64,000 bases of DNA from Candidatus Bathyarchaeota archaeon (GCA_963780185.1 CAWABA010000005.1:64001-128000), one strand, 5' to 3'; shown: positions 20,383-29,583, counted from the stretch's first letter. Program-made: numbers and translations. Notes: generated from the letters alone by a model not told the origin.

Positions 20383-21093
20383 ATGTCGGCACCGAGCACT
20401 CTTAAACTTAAAATCGACGGCGTCGAAGTTTCAGTTCCTGAAGGCACCACCATCCTCAAAGCCGCCAAAGCAAACGGCATCATAATTCCCACGATATGCT
20501 CGCTTGAAGGCTTAACCCCCTACGGCGGTTGCCGCCTTTGCCTCGTGGAAATCAGTGGTTCACCTAAGCTTTTCCCAGCCTGCACCACACCTGTAGGTCC
20601 AAACATGGAAGTCACCACAAAATCCGATCGTCTGCATGAGTACCGCAAGATGGCTGTTCAAATGCTTCTCGCCGAGAGAACGCACATCTGCTCGGTCTGC
20701 GTCGCCAATGACCACTGCGAGTTGCAAGCCATGGCTAAGGAGCTTGGCGTTGACCATGTGATGTTTGAGCGTAACTGGACTTGTGATCCAGTCGATTCCA
20801 CTCATGACTTCTTGGTGATTGACCGAAACCGCTGTATCCTATGTACAAGATGCATCCGTGTCTGCGACCAAATTGAAGGTGTCCACACACTTGACCTCAA
20901 ATTAAGAGGAAAAGACACCCAGGTAATCATGGACCTAGACGAGAAATGGGTTAACAGTTGCAGCTGCACTTCCTGCCGCAAATGCGCCAAAGTTTGCCCC
21001 GTCGGAGCCATATACATCGAGGGCGAACCAATTGACCACACCAAACGTAAAGATATTGCCGAGTTCGTCTTGGCAAGGAGGCAACACAAATGA
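20383..21093 (+). CDS. hoxU: HoxU Fe-S subunit
   Basis: CRLCLVE, HICSVC, CILCTRCIRVC, CTSCRKCAKVCP. Confidence 0.92.
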   Translation: MSAPSTLKLKIDGVEVSVPEGTTILKAAKANGIIIPTICSLEGLTPYGGCRLCLVEISGSPKLFPACTTPVGPNMEVTTKSDRLHEYRKMAVQMLLAERTHICSVCVANDHCELQAMAKELGVDHVMFERNWTCDPVDSTHDFLVIDRNRCILCTRCIRVCDQIEGVHTLDLKLRGKDTQVIMDLDEKWVNSCSCTSCRKCAKVCPVGAIYIEGEPIDHTKRKDIAEFVLARRQHK

Positions 21094-21632
21094 CCGCGAA
21101 CGCGAAGGTTAGGGTTGCCACGGTTTGGCTTAGCGGCTGCTCAGGCTGCCACATGTCATTCCTTGACCAAGATGAGCGCCTCGTCGATTTGGCAAAGAAA
21201 ATACAGTTGGTTTACAGCCCGATTGCCGACGTGAAAGAGTTTCCAGAAAACGTTGACGTTACACTCATCGAAGGCGCCATCGCAAATGAAGAGCAGCTTC
21301 ACATGCTTGAGAAGGTTAGAGCCCGAACTAAAGTTTTGATTTCTCTTGGCGACTGCGCTGTGACGGGAAACGTAACTGCTTTGAGAAACGCTTGGCGTCA
21401 CAGCGACAAAGCAGTGCTGGTGAGGGCTTACAAGGAGAAGTCTGATTTGAACGCTGCAATCCCCACTGACGTGCCTAAGCTTCTGATTAAGGCTCGTCCT
21501 CTGCATGAAGCCGTCAAAGTTGATTTCTTCATCCCAGGGTGTCCGCCGCATGCAGACCTGATTAACTACGTGTTAACCGAGCTGCTTGCAGGACGAACGC
21601 CACGTATGGAGGGTAAAACAAAATATGGTTAA
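21090..21632 (+). CDS. hoxY: [NiFe]-hydrogenase small subunit HoxY
   Basis: GCSGCHMSF, GDCA, PGCPP; 180 aa single-cluster form. Confidence 0.93.
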   Translation: MTANAKVRVATVWLSGCSGCHMSFLDQDERLVDLAKKIQLVYSPIADVKEFPENVDVTLIEGAIANEEQLHMLEKVRARTKVLISLGDCAVTGNVTALRNAWRHSDKAVLVRAYKEKSDLNAAIPTDVPKLLIKARPLHEAVKVDFFIPGCPPHADLINYVLTELLAGRTPRMEGKTKYG

Positions 21633-23070
21633 ATCAGAAAAGAACCCGAAAGAAATCGTAATCAGCCCCGTCACGCGAATTGAGGGGCACGCTCAAGTAT
21701 CCATCTGCCTAAACGCCGATGACTCCGTGAAAGAAGCCCGTTTCCAAGTTACAGACTTTCGAGGCTTCGAAAAATTCACTGAAGGACGACCCTTCTACGA
21801 AATGCCCAGCATAACCTCCAGAGCCTGCGGAATCTGCCCAGTCAGCCACCTGATAGCCTCAGCCAAAGCCTGCGACGCCATCGTCGGAGTAACCCCGCCG
21901 CCAACCGCCATAAAACTGCGCCGCCTAATGCATATGGGACAGATGATTCAGTCGCACGCATTGAACTTCTATCACCTCTCCTCGCCTGACCTGCTATTTG
22001 GCTTTGACTCTGACCCAGCTACAAGAAACGTTTTCGGCTTAATCGAAAAGGACCCCAACCTCGCTTTGCAGGGTGTTAAGCTTCGAAAGTTCGGTCAAGA
22101 AATAATTGAGAAGGTTGCTGGCAAAAGAATACACTCCAGCGAATGGATTCTTCCAGGCGGAGCGAAATGGCCGCTTAGCAAAGCCAAAGCAGATTACCTG
22201 CGAGCTAACTTGCCTGAGGCGTTGGATAGTGCGCAGAAGACTTTGGCGCTTTTTAAGAAGTGGCTGGTTAACTTTGACGATGAAGTGGAGAACTTCGGCA
22301 ACTTCCCAAGCTACTACATGGGTCTAGTCACCTCTGACGGCGGACTTGAACACTACGACGGCACCTTAACCATAATGGACAATGACGGACAGGTTGTCGC
22401 CCGATGTGTTGACCCAGCCAAGTACAGTGACTTTATCGGTGAAGCCGTGGAACCCTACTCGTTCATGAAGTTTCCTTACTTCAAAGCAGTCGGCTACCCC
22501 GAAGGCTTCTACCGCGTCGGTCCACTGGCACGGCTAAACGTTGCGTCCCACTGCGATACACCGCTTGCAGACATGGAGCTTAAAGAATTCAAGAAACTTG
22601 GCAAGAACGGTGTTGTGCAAAGCACCTTTCACTACCATTACGCGCGGCTGATTGAGTTGCTGTTCTGTGTTGAAAAGGCGCAGGAGCTGCTGGAAGACCC
22701 AGAAATCCTCTCTGAGCACGTGACGTCAAAGGCGATGGTGAATAATTATGAGGGCGTCGGCGTCGCTGAAGCCCCAAGAGGCACACTGATTCACCACTAC
22801 AAAGTCGACCCGCAAGGCATGATCACATGGAACAACATGATTATCGCAACCGAACACAACAACATCGCCTACAACAAAGCAGTAACGCAGGTTGCCAAAA
22901 AATACGTAAAAGCCAAGACGCTTCAAGAAGGCATGCTCAACCGCGTAGAAGCCGTAATCCGAGCCTTCGACCCATGCCTAAGCTGCGCAACCCACGCAGT
23001 CGGACAAATGCCGCTTGACATAAAACTCTTCGACGCAGACGGCGCCCTAATCGACCGCAAAATAAGATAA
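21625..23070 (+). CDS. hoxH: [NiFe]-hydrogenase large subunit HoxH (group 3d)
   Basis: L1 [11 protein letters not shown]2 DPCLSCATH plus cleavable C-terminal tail. Confidence 0.94.
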   Translation: MVKSEKNPKEIVISPVTRIEGHAQVSICLNADDSVKEARFQVTDFRGFEKFTEGRPFYEMPSITSRACGICPVSHLIASAKACDAIVGVTPPPTAIKLRRLMHMGQMIQSHALNFYHLSSPDLLFGFDSDPATRNVFGLIEKDPNLALQGVKLRKFGQEIIEKVAGKRIHSSEWILPGGAKWPLSKAKADYLRANLPEALDSAQKTLALFKKWLVNFDDEVENFGNFPSYYMGLVTSDGGLEHYDGTLTIMDNDGQVVARCVDPAKYSDFIGEAVEPYSFMKFPYFKAVGYPEGFYRVGPLARLNVASHCDTPLADMELKEFKKLGKNGVVQSTFHYHYARLIELLFCVEKAQELLEDPEILSEHVTSKAMVNNYEGVGVAEAPRGTLIHHYKVDPQGMITWNNMIIATEHNNIAYNKAVTQVAKKYVKAKTLQEGMLNRVEAVIRAFDPCLSCATHAVGQMPLDIKLFDADGALIDRKIR

Positions 23071-23401
23071 ACCCAACTCTTCCTTTTTTCTTTCCGCTTT
23101 TTGTCTTGGTTTTTTGATGTAAATACTAGACCCCCTCCCTCGGTCCGTTGCAACCCATATTTACATTGGGTTTTTGATGTAAAATGGGGTACCCTTCAAT
23201 CGTCGAAGGTTTTGCTTGGGGTTTGTTTTGGGTTGCTTTTTTGGTTTAGAGCCCAAATCAGGTTGAACCAAGTTTTGCCCTCCGATGGTTTTTTGGGTTT
23301 TTGCGAGAAAATTAGGTATAAACCCACTCATACCTGCCCAGCCTAGTTTATTAAAACCGCCGCTCCATTTCTTAAATGAAGATTCTGGAGGAAAAAACGA
23401 T

Positions 23402-23671
23402 TTGAACCTCGAGGTTTTCTACGCTGTCGGCACCGCCTTAGTTATTGCTGGAATCATAGTTATCGTTGCCGCGATAATTACTGCTTCAGCCCGCGGCGCC
23501 CAAAAAGGCAAGGAAAGCAAAGTCAAAGCCGCAGGCGTAATCATGATTGGACCAATCCCGATCATCTTCGGAACCGACAAAAAATCCGTCAAGACGGTTT
23601 TGGCGCTGGCTCTGGCACTTGTCGTCGCCGCCATCATTGCGATGGTGGTGTTTTATTGGTTGCTGAGGTGA
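23402..23671 (+). CDS. DUF131/TIGR00304 membrane protein
   Basis: GVIMIGPIPIIFGTD motif. Confidence 0.85.
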   Translation: MNLEVFYAVGTALVIAGIIVIVAAIITASARGAQKGKESKVKAAGVIMIGPIPIIFGTDKKSVKTVLALALALVVAAIIAMVVFYWLLR

Positions 23672-23676
23672 ATGGT

Positions 23677-23967
23677 TTGGCTGAGAATGATGATTCTGAA
23701 GAAGGCGGCATCGCCGTTTCCAGCAGGCTTTTTGGGCTGCTTATCTTGGGCGTTGCGTTGGTTTTTGTGGGCATAGTGGTTTTGGTGGTTGTCTCCTTGG
23801 TTTTTGGCAGTTCAACAAGCGTCGGCGTGGTTGTTTTTATCGGTCCGTTCCCGATTGTTTTCGGTTCGGGTCCCAACGCTGCGTGGCTGATAACCATCGG
23901 AGTTGTTCTTGCGGCGTTAAGTGTGGTTTTGTTTTTTGTGTTGAATAGAAGAAGATTTAGAGTTTGA
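23677..23967 (+). CDS. DUF131 membrane protein, tandem paralogue
   Basis: GVVVFIGPFPIVFG; GAGGTGA SD before TTG 23677. Confidence 0.8.
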   Translation: MAENDDSEEGGIAVSSRLFGLLILGVALVFVGIVVLVVVSLVFGSSTSVGVVVFIGPFPIVFGSGPNAAWLITIGVVLAALSVVLFFVLNRRRFRV

Positions 23968-23979
23968 TGCGGGGCGGGT

Positions 23980-24105
23980 TTAGTCTGCTGATTCTTCTTC
24001 CTCTTCTTTGTTGTAGTACGTGTAGAGGAAGATGAGAATTAACGCTATGAAAATTGAACTCATCGCGACGTATTCCAAAGTTACGAAGTATGCGCCTAAA
24101 TCCAT
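23980..24105 (-). CDS. Single-TM micro-protein with acidic tail (41 aa, not in ORF track)
   Basis: MDLGAYFVTLEYVAMSSIFIALILIFLYTYYNKEEEEESAD; GGGAGA SD and TTAAATA upstream. Confidence 0.6.
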   Translation of the reverse strand: MDLGAYFVTLEYVAMSSIFIALILIFLYTYYNKEEEEESAD

Positions 24106-24149
24106 ATGGATTCTCCCTGCAATTGCATATTCTTGTAACATCTAAATAT

Positions 24150-24560
24150 TTAAGGTGTCGCTTTTTTCCACTCATTCATGAGCATCTCGTAGCTGCCGTC
24201 GTCTGTCTCGATGGCTTCGAACCAGCTTAGGTTCGCCGCGATTTTCTGGGTAAGAAGGTGGTAGCACATGTGGACTTTTTTGTCAAGGACGCGGAAGTAG
24301 AAGTCGTCGCATGTGCAGAACTCCGCTTCCGGCATGATTAGGTAGTCACGTTCTTTGCCCACAACAATCCAAACCACTTTTCCACTCGGCTTAAACGTAT
24401 ACTTCTTCACTCTGCCCTCTTTTAAGGCGTCAAGGGCTTTGGTGAATCTTGACCCGAAAAGCTCGTAGAGCTCCGTCAGGTCGGTGCCTGACAGTTTGCC
24501 CGCTGCTTTTGCTTCCCGACAAATAACGTTTAACGTGTCTAACTCTTGATTGTCGCTCAT
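24150..24560 (-). CDS. SWIM zinc-finger protein
   Basis: FCTCDDF...MCYHL (CxC-CxH). Confidence 0.85.
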   Translation of the reverse strand: MSDNQELDTLNVICREAKAAGKLSGTDLTELYELFGSRFTKALDALKEGRVKKYTFKPSGKVVWIVVGKERDYLIMPEAEFCTCDDFYFRVLDKKVHMCYHLLTQKIAANLSWFEAIETDDGSYEMLMNEWKKATP

Positions 24561-24607
24561 TATTGTACTCGCAACATTGAATTATTGCAGGGATTGAATT
24601 TAGCTTT

Positions 24608-25204
24608 TTAGCCGATGTCGATGGGTTCGCCCTTTGGCTTGTCTTCTGCTTCAGCCTTGGGCACGACGACTTCTAAGACGCCGTTTTTGTGGCTTGACCT
24701 TGCCTCTTTAATCCGCACCTTCGCGGGGAGGTTAACTTCCTTAAAGTACTTGTACTGTGGCGTGTCCACCGAAATCGTCAACGAATCCTCGGTGCCGTGC
24801 AGTTTAATGTCTGTTTTCTCTACGCCTGGCAACTCTACAACCACGTGGATTTCGCCGTCTGCGTCAACGATGTCAACGAGGGGTTCGCGTTCCTCCTTAA
24901 CCTGCGGGGTTCCTTTGAGGCCTTTCTTGATGTTCCCGAACTCTTGAATTTCAGGTTTGCCGTCGGGGCCTATCTTCATGCTGTACCCGTAAACGAATGG
25001 CCCCAGCTCCCGCACTGTGCTTCCGTCAGGCTGCTTACGTTCTTTAACGTATTCTTTAGGGACTTTATCCGTGAAGTTCTTCATTTCCTCATCCATCATC
25101 TTCTCCATTTCACGGAACATGTCATCTATGTCGCCGAAGAAAGGGTCCTTAGCCTTTTTGCGTCTGGTCCACTCAGGATACTCGTCGTCATTATCTGAAG
25201 ACAT
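24608..25204 (-). CDS. hsp20: Archaeal small heat-shock protein Hsp20
   Basis: GPFVYGYS..IGPDGKP...EFGN, EREPLVD, ELPGVEK, NGVLEV; ATG 25204. Confidence 0.92.
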   Translation of the reverse strand: MSSDNDDEYPEWTRRKKAKDPFFGDIDDMFREMEKMMDEEMKNFTDKVPKEYVKERKQPDGSTVRELGPFVYGYSMKIGPDGKPEIQEFGNIKKGLKGTPQVKEEREPLVDIVDADGEIHVVVELPGVEKTDIKLHGTEDSLTISVDTPQYKYFKEVNLPAKVRIKEARSSHKNGVLEVVVPKAEAEDKPKGEPIDIG

Positions 25205-25405
25205 ACACACTTCTCCACGCCAATCCATTCGTTTTCCGCTCCAATAAATTTTATGCACACAAAAGCGGTGTTTGAACGGCGTCCTTGGGCGGTTTAAGGC
25301 GATGGCTTGCAGAATCCAAAGCAATCCCAATGCTGGGCTTAAAAGTTTAAATGATGGAAAATAAACTAAATGGATTCAGCCGTCGGAAACGGCGGTGAAT
25401 TGCGT

Positions 25406-25514
25406 GCCGGGGTAGCCTAGCCTGGCCAGGGCGCCAGACTCATAATCTGGAGAGAACAAGGGGCAAGTGCCTTGGTCACAGAGGTCGCGTGCTCGAATCG
25501 CGCCCCCGGCACCA
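25406..25514 (+). tRNA. tRNA-Met(CAT), elongator type, with ~31-nt non-canonical intron (approx. 25453-25483, position 45/46)
   Basis: Acceptor GCCGGGG/CCCCGGC-A-CCA, anticodon arm CCAGA-CTCATAA-TCTGG, T arm GCGTG-CTCGAAT-CGCGC; removing the insert restores variable loop AGGTC. Confidence 0.9.
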
Positions 25515-25603
25515 ACCAATTTGGGCTTTGGACTTGATCTTATGCTAGTCTGCCTTTCTGGTTTTGCCATCGCTTGTTTTTTTACACTTAATCGAATTTG
25601 GAA

Positions 25604-26056
25604 TTAATTTGTACTCTTGGCAAGTTTTTGACCGCATTTATTACAGAAAGCAGCTTCATAGAGATTTTCCGCACCACATGAAAAGCAATAGATTTTTCTT
25701 TGTTGTGCTTGGGCTTGTGGCTGAGCAAAAAATCTAAAACTTGGTATTTGTTGATTGTTAGGGTTAGATGCTCTGTATGGCGTATAATTACCTATAACTA
25801 ACCCTATTACCGATGTTAGAGCACCAAATATTATCATAACGTAGCTCATAACCATTAAAAGAGTTTTAAGAACTATATCAGTGGCGTATGCGCTATTAAC
25901 TGCATAGGGAATCCCTAAAAAAGTTTTGTATTCACTTGGCAGTTGAATTGATTCTCCTAAAGCCAGGAAAATAAACCCTATAAACAACAGAACTATGCCA
26001 GCGATAATAGCGTTTTTTTGCCTTTGTGTTAATGACATCGCTTGATTTCCCATCAA
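25604..26056 (-). CDS. Membrane protein with C-terminal zinc ribbon
   Basis: Two TM segments, YCFSCGAEN...AFCNKCGQKL. Confidence 0.75.
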   Translation of the reverse strand: MMGNQAMSLTQRQKNAIIAGIVLLFIGFIFLALGESIQLPSEYKTFLGIPYAVNSAYATDIVLKTLLMVMSYVMIIFGALTSVIGLVIGNYTPYRASNPNNQQIPSFRFFAQPQAQAQQRKIYCFSCGAENLYEAAFCNKCGQKLAKSTN

Positions 26057-26223
26057 ACATTAAGAAGCAATTTAGTTTTAAGTTTTGCTCTCTTCCGCTT
26101 TTTGCCTTCTAAAGACTTAATTTCTTACTTTTGATACTGATTGTTTAGTGCAGTTTAGTGCACTTAACTACCAAATAACGATACAAAAAATTAATAAATT
26201 TATTTTGTTATAAATATTTACAG

Positions 26224-26457
26224 ATGATAAATATGTCAAAAACTAAAACTTTAGAAGAGAGAGCGCGACAAAAAGTAGCCGAAGAAATACTTGAAGAGCG
26301 AAAACGATTGGAAAGTGAACAGCAACGACTTGAAAGAGAACGACAAATTGAATACAACAAGGTGTCTAATCGGCTAAGAAGAAACTGGTATTATCTTTCA
26401 GCGTTAACTATTGCCATAATCAGCCTTATCATTGGAATTTGGAAGCTTTGGTTTTAA
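26224..26457 (+). CDS. Small coiled-coil protein with C-terminal TM anchor
   Basis: E/R/Q-rich heptads then hydrophobic tail. Confidence 0.6.
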   Translation: MINMSKTKTLEERARQKVAEEILEERKRLESEQQRLERERQIEYNKVSNRLRRNWYYLSALTIAIISLIIGIWKLWF

Positions 26458-26477
26458 GCTTGCTTTTTTGCCGTTTA

Positions 26478-26888
26478 CTATGTTGCAGGAAAAGAAATTA
26501 TTGGCTCAGAGTTTGAGATGGCAGACTTGACGTACAGAATTAATTGTTGGGAGTAGGTTTGGTTGGAATTTATGGTTCCTACCACGATTTGGAGCCCTGA
26601 GAAACTGCATCTATGTCCTTGTATTGCAGCGAAGCCTTTACTTGAATTATCTTCAGAAACTACAAACGCAAAATTCGAACCAACAATTGGGGCCAAAGAA
26701 AATGTATACCCCAAGGTTATGTTATATTGGACAGCACCAAATTTTATGGAATATGGCTGGTTAATTTGGGTAATAGAGACTTTGGTGTAACCTGAAAGCG
26801 AATTAGCTACAAGGATTTCGTAGCCAACGAAGGCTATAACAACGAATGCCACCAATAAAACAACCGTTATGATTTTTCTCTTCCGCAA
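26478..26888 (-). CDS. Hypothetical secreted/membrane-anchored protein
   Basis: MRKRK + hydrophobic signal; GGAG SD. Confidence 0.6.
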   Translation of the reverse strand: MRKRKIITVVLLVAFVVIAFVGYEILVANSLSGYTKVSITQINQPYSIKFGAVQYNITLGYTFSLAPIVGSNFAFVVSEDNSSKGFAAIQGHRCSFSGLQIVVGTINSNQTYSQQLILYVKSAISNSEPIISFPAT

Positions 26889-27039
26889 TTAATATGCTCC
26901 TCTATTTCCTATTAGCCACTAAATTCAATTTCACATTAGCGTCAGTCACGATTTAACTTTTTCGTCAGGGCGCTTTGCCCTGTTTCCACCAAGCCATTGC
27001 CTTTGTTTTAGAATTTAGCCAAGCGCTGATTGGGCTTAA

Positions 27040-27255
27040 TCATGCGGTTTCTGTGATTGCTTCTTCCATTTGCCTTATCAAACCGTTTTGTCTGGCGTTC
27101 CAAATCTCTATTCCCATGATTTTTCCTTTCTTATCCAGCTCAAGATGAACGTCGGGCTCTGATTCGACTACTTCGTAGCTGGCGCCTTTTTTGAAAACCA
27201 AGTAGAATATGTCTTCTGTTTTGTCGTAGGATGCTTTTATTTTTGTTTTATCCAT
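27040..27255 (-). CDS. DUF2283 family protein (putative antitoxin)
   Basis: YDKTEDIFY...LELDKKGKIMGIEIWNA. Confidence 0.85.
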   Translation of the reverse strand: MDKTKIKASYDKTEDIFYLVFKKGASYEVVESEPDVHLELDKKGKIMGIEIWNARQNGLIRQMEEAITETA

Positions 27256-27440
27256 GCTCCTCTCGCCGTCTTGGTTTTAAGTAATTTGTCAAGTTTAGTC
27301 GTATAAAAGAATGTTATAACTTTAGCTCCATATCGCGTTCGGCACCAACTAGTCCTTGGCTCCTCCTGTTTTTGTGGTATTTTCTCTTTCGCAAGACAGT
27401 GACGAGCTTTCCCTGTCCGTGGTTGCTCTACAAGCGTATC
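27237..27440 (-). pseudogene. Remnant of DUF4258-like (RelE-fold) toxin upstream of DUF2283
   Basis: Start-less frame ...YGAKVITFFYTTKLDKLLKTKTARGAWIKQK* overlapping the DUF2283 start; in-frame TGA upstream. Confidence 0.55.
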
Positions 27441-27758
27441 TCAGGTTAGATAACTGATCCAAAATAGAGGCATCTGTGGAGGAAAATAGATCGGCAAGCT
27501 ATAGCATAATACCTATTAATCATATGATTGCAAAACTGGCTTAAAGAATTTTAAGAGAAACCAAAAACTCAGAAAATCAGAGTTATTTTTCTGGACACTT
27601 ATTTACTTGCGTTGAAGATTCCTGTAGCTTTATTCTAAGCTTTGGGGAGGGTCTCCAGCCGTCACTCTTACGAATCACCATGCTGAGGTTGTTATCAGGT
27701 GCCCAATAATTTTTCTGTTTCCTTACAACTTGTTTTGTTTTGCTCAATTGATTTATCC

Positions 27759-28367
27759 TCACATGATCAAATTCAGAATAGCAACAACAAGAAATAAACT
27801 TATCGCAATTATCAAGAATATGAAAGCTACGTAGACCCACACTGCTTTTCGTTGGTTAAATTTGTAATTTTTCATTGTATCTTCCGCTGTAGTTGCAGCG
27901 ACTCTTTGGATAAGCTCTTCTTCTGTTCTGTTTTGGTATTCTTCAATTAGGTTAATAGGATTAATTGTTATGAATTTTGACATCCAGTATCCCCAAAGGC
28001 CGAACCCTGCTGAGACTACGAAAAGCCCTAGTGGCAATAAGAACAGCCAGCCGTATCTAGCGTGTGGAAAAATTACGGTGATTCCCGCTGTTAAGGTGGC
28101 CAATACGGTGGCTAACAGACCCGCGAATCCGATGACGCTGCTTGCCTTAGAATCAATGTCGTTTGTTCTTCTCCATTCCAAGTCATAACGATTCACGATC
28201 ATTTCGTAAATTAATTTATCCCTTTGTTTTTCCTCGTGAGGTGTCATTTTTTCAGTTGTTGGATTTTCTTCTGCTGTCTCATTTGTTGGAGACTTGTTGC
28301 TTTTATCATCGCGATTATCGGAGCAAACGGATGTGCTATCTTTGCTCGTGCTCTTTTCCTCGATCAC
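27759..28367 (-). CDS. Three-TM hypothetical membrane protein
   Basis: RTNDIDSKASSVIGFAG + two TMs, loop, NQRKA + final TM. Confidence 0.7.
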   Translation of the reverse strand: MIEEKSTSKDSTSVCSDNRDDKSNKSPTNETAEENPTTEKMTPHEEKQRDKLIYEMIVNRYDLEWRRTNDIDSKASSVIGFAGLLATVLATLTAGITVIFPHARYGWLFLLPLGLFVVSAGFGLWGYWMSKFITINPINLIEEYQNRTEEELIQRVAATTAEDTMKNYKFNQRKAVWVYVAFIFLIIAISLFLVVAILNLIM

Positions 28368-28564
28368 TACTCCATTTTCTGCGCATTTAAGCTTTGCACC
28401 GCTATGTCGGCATCGATTTTGGACTTAAGGAAATTTGTGCGGGCAATTATGGAAAGCTGTCTAGATTTATTTTCTTGAGCTTAGAAAAAAACGTTTACAA
28501 ATAGTTTCTGGGTGCCATTAGGGTTCACATGGCAACCCGTAACGGCAGCTATGAGGCTCTATAT

Positions 28565-28612
28565 TTACTTTCGAAAGCGATTATTTAGCCTTACTTTGAA
28601 CTTGGTCTTCAA
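28565..28612 (-). pseudogene. Truncated RelE/ParE-like toxin N-terminus
   Basis: TTG-started MKTKFKVRLNNRFRK* overlapping the antitoxin 3' end. Confidence 0.5.
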
Positions 28613-28805
28613 GGTGCAGATCCCGTACCAGCTCATCCAGCGTCATGGTTTTTCCCTGTTTAGCTTCGCGCAAAGAAGCCCGCAGATCGTTTACCAGTTC
28701 TTGGTCCTGCATGACTTCCAACGTTTCAAGCAGTTCTTCCATCAGACTTGCTGCTTTCGTGAGAAGTTCTTTTTCGTCCGCTGTTAAAAGCGCCATACTT
28801 TGCAT
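28581..28805 (-). CDS. Type II TA antitoxin (RelB/YefM-like C-terminus)
   Basis: LLETLEVMQDQELVNDLRASLREAKQGKTMTLDEL. Confidence 0.7.
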   Translation of the reverse strand: MQSMALLTADEKELLTKAASLMEELLETLEVMQDQELVNDLRASLREAKQGKTMTLDELVRDLHLEDQVQSKAK

Positions 28806-28904
28806 GCACCTGTCTAAAATACGGGCAATGAGGTTCTTATCTTTTGCTTTCCGTCAGAGGTGGGATGGAAATTTTTTTCAACACCTTAATCTGCAGTGCA
28901 AATA

Positions 28905-28961
28905 GGAGCAAGTGCCCTGTGCCCAAAGGTGCGTGCCCGAATCGCGCCCCGGCACCAACCA
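28905..28961 (+). repeat. Degenerate direct repeat of tRNA-Met 3' half (attR-like)
   Basis: GGAGCAAGTGCCCTGTGCCCAAAGGTGCGTGCCCGAATCGCGCCCCGGCACCAACCA vs 25460-25518. Confidence 0.85.
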
Positions 28962-29098
28962 TTCACGCATGCCGTTTTTGTGGCTGGTTTTTGGTTAAAA
29001 TTTCCATGTTGCCGTGATTGCCACTCTATTAGAAGCGTCAAAAGCAGGTTCTAAAATCTTTTAAGCAAGGTCAAAACAGATACAAGTTCAGTGAGATA

Positions 29099-29349
29099 TT
29101 GAAAGCTAACGTAAAATTGTGGATGATAGCTGTTTGGGCAATTGCTTTTACAGTCTACACTGTTTTTTTTGTTCTTAGTAAAATTGGTTTGCTCCACAAT
29201 ATGACTGGAGTAGACATATCATAGTTAGTGCATCCCCGCTTATTGGTGGAATGTTAGGCGTATTAGGCGGGGTGTTAATTTCTAACTACATTCGCCAAAA
29301 AGGTAAACCAAAACAGAACCCTTCTCAGAATGCCCCTCTGCCCTCTTGA
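29099..29349 (+). pseudogene. Two-TM small membrane protein, frameshifted near 29194
   Basis: MKANVKLWMIAVWAIAF...GLL / PQYDWSRHIIVSASPLIGG...LPS* join if one C is added. Confidence 0.45.
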
Positions 29350-29533
29350 AAATTTAGGCGACAAAAAAATAGGTGAAAAAAATATGGGTAAAGAACATAA
29401 GTTTAGGAAAGACTTTACGGCAGAGCAGTACGCGGCTTATTTAGAACGGAAAGCTAAGGATCCAGACGCTCTAATACCTGAAGGTAATGAGCCGCGGAAT
29501 ACAAAATTTAAATCGAGAAAAAAGGTAGCGTAG
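29330..29533 (+). CDS. Small basic hypothetical protein (likely start ATG 29384)
   Basis: AGGTGA SD before MGKEHKFRKDF... Confidence 0.5.
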   Translation: MPLCPLENLGDKKIGEKNMGKEHKFRKDFTAEQYAAYLERKAKDPDALIPEGNEPRNTKFKSRKKVA

Positions 29534-29583
29534 TTTTTACTTTTACCTAAAAAGAGAATTTTGACCTTGTTTAGCTTTTTCTT

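Larger units (their letters stand above)
25515..28961. mobile_element. Decayed integrated island at tRNA-Met (no integrase left)
   Basis: Bounded by the tRNA 3' end and a degenerate copy at 28905-28961; AT-rich; TA remnants and orphan membrane genes. Confidence 0.7.

Noticed and set aside
23170-23195. Replication origin ORB (AAATGGGGT G-string)
   Set aside because: Lacks the TCCA..GAAA core and no cdc6/orc1 gene is nearby.
26143-26162. Tandem GTTTAGTGCA x2
   Set aside because: Only two short copies; could be simple slippage and there is no further support.
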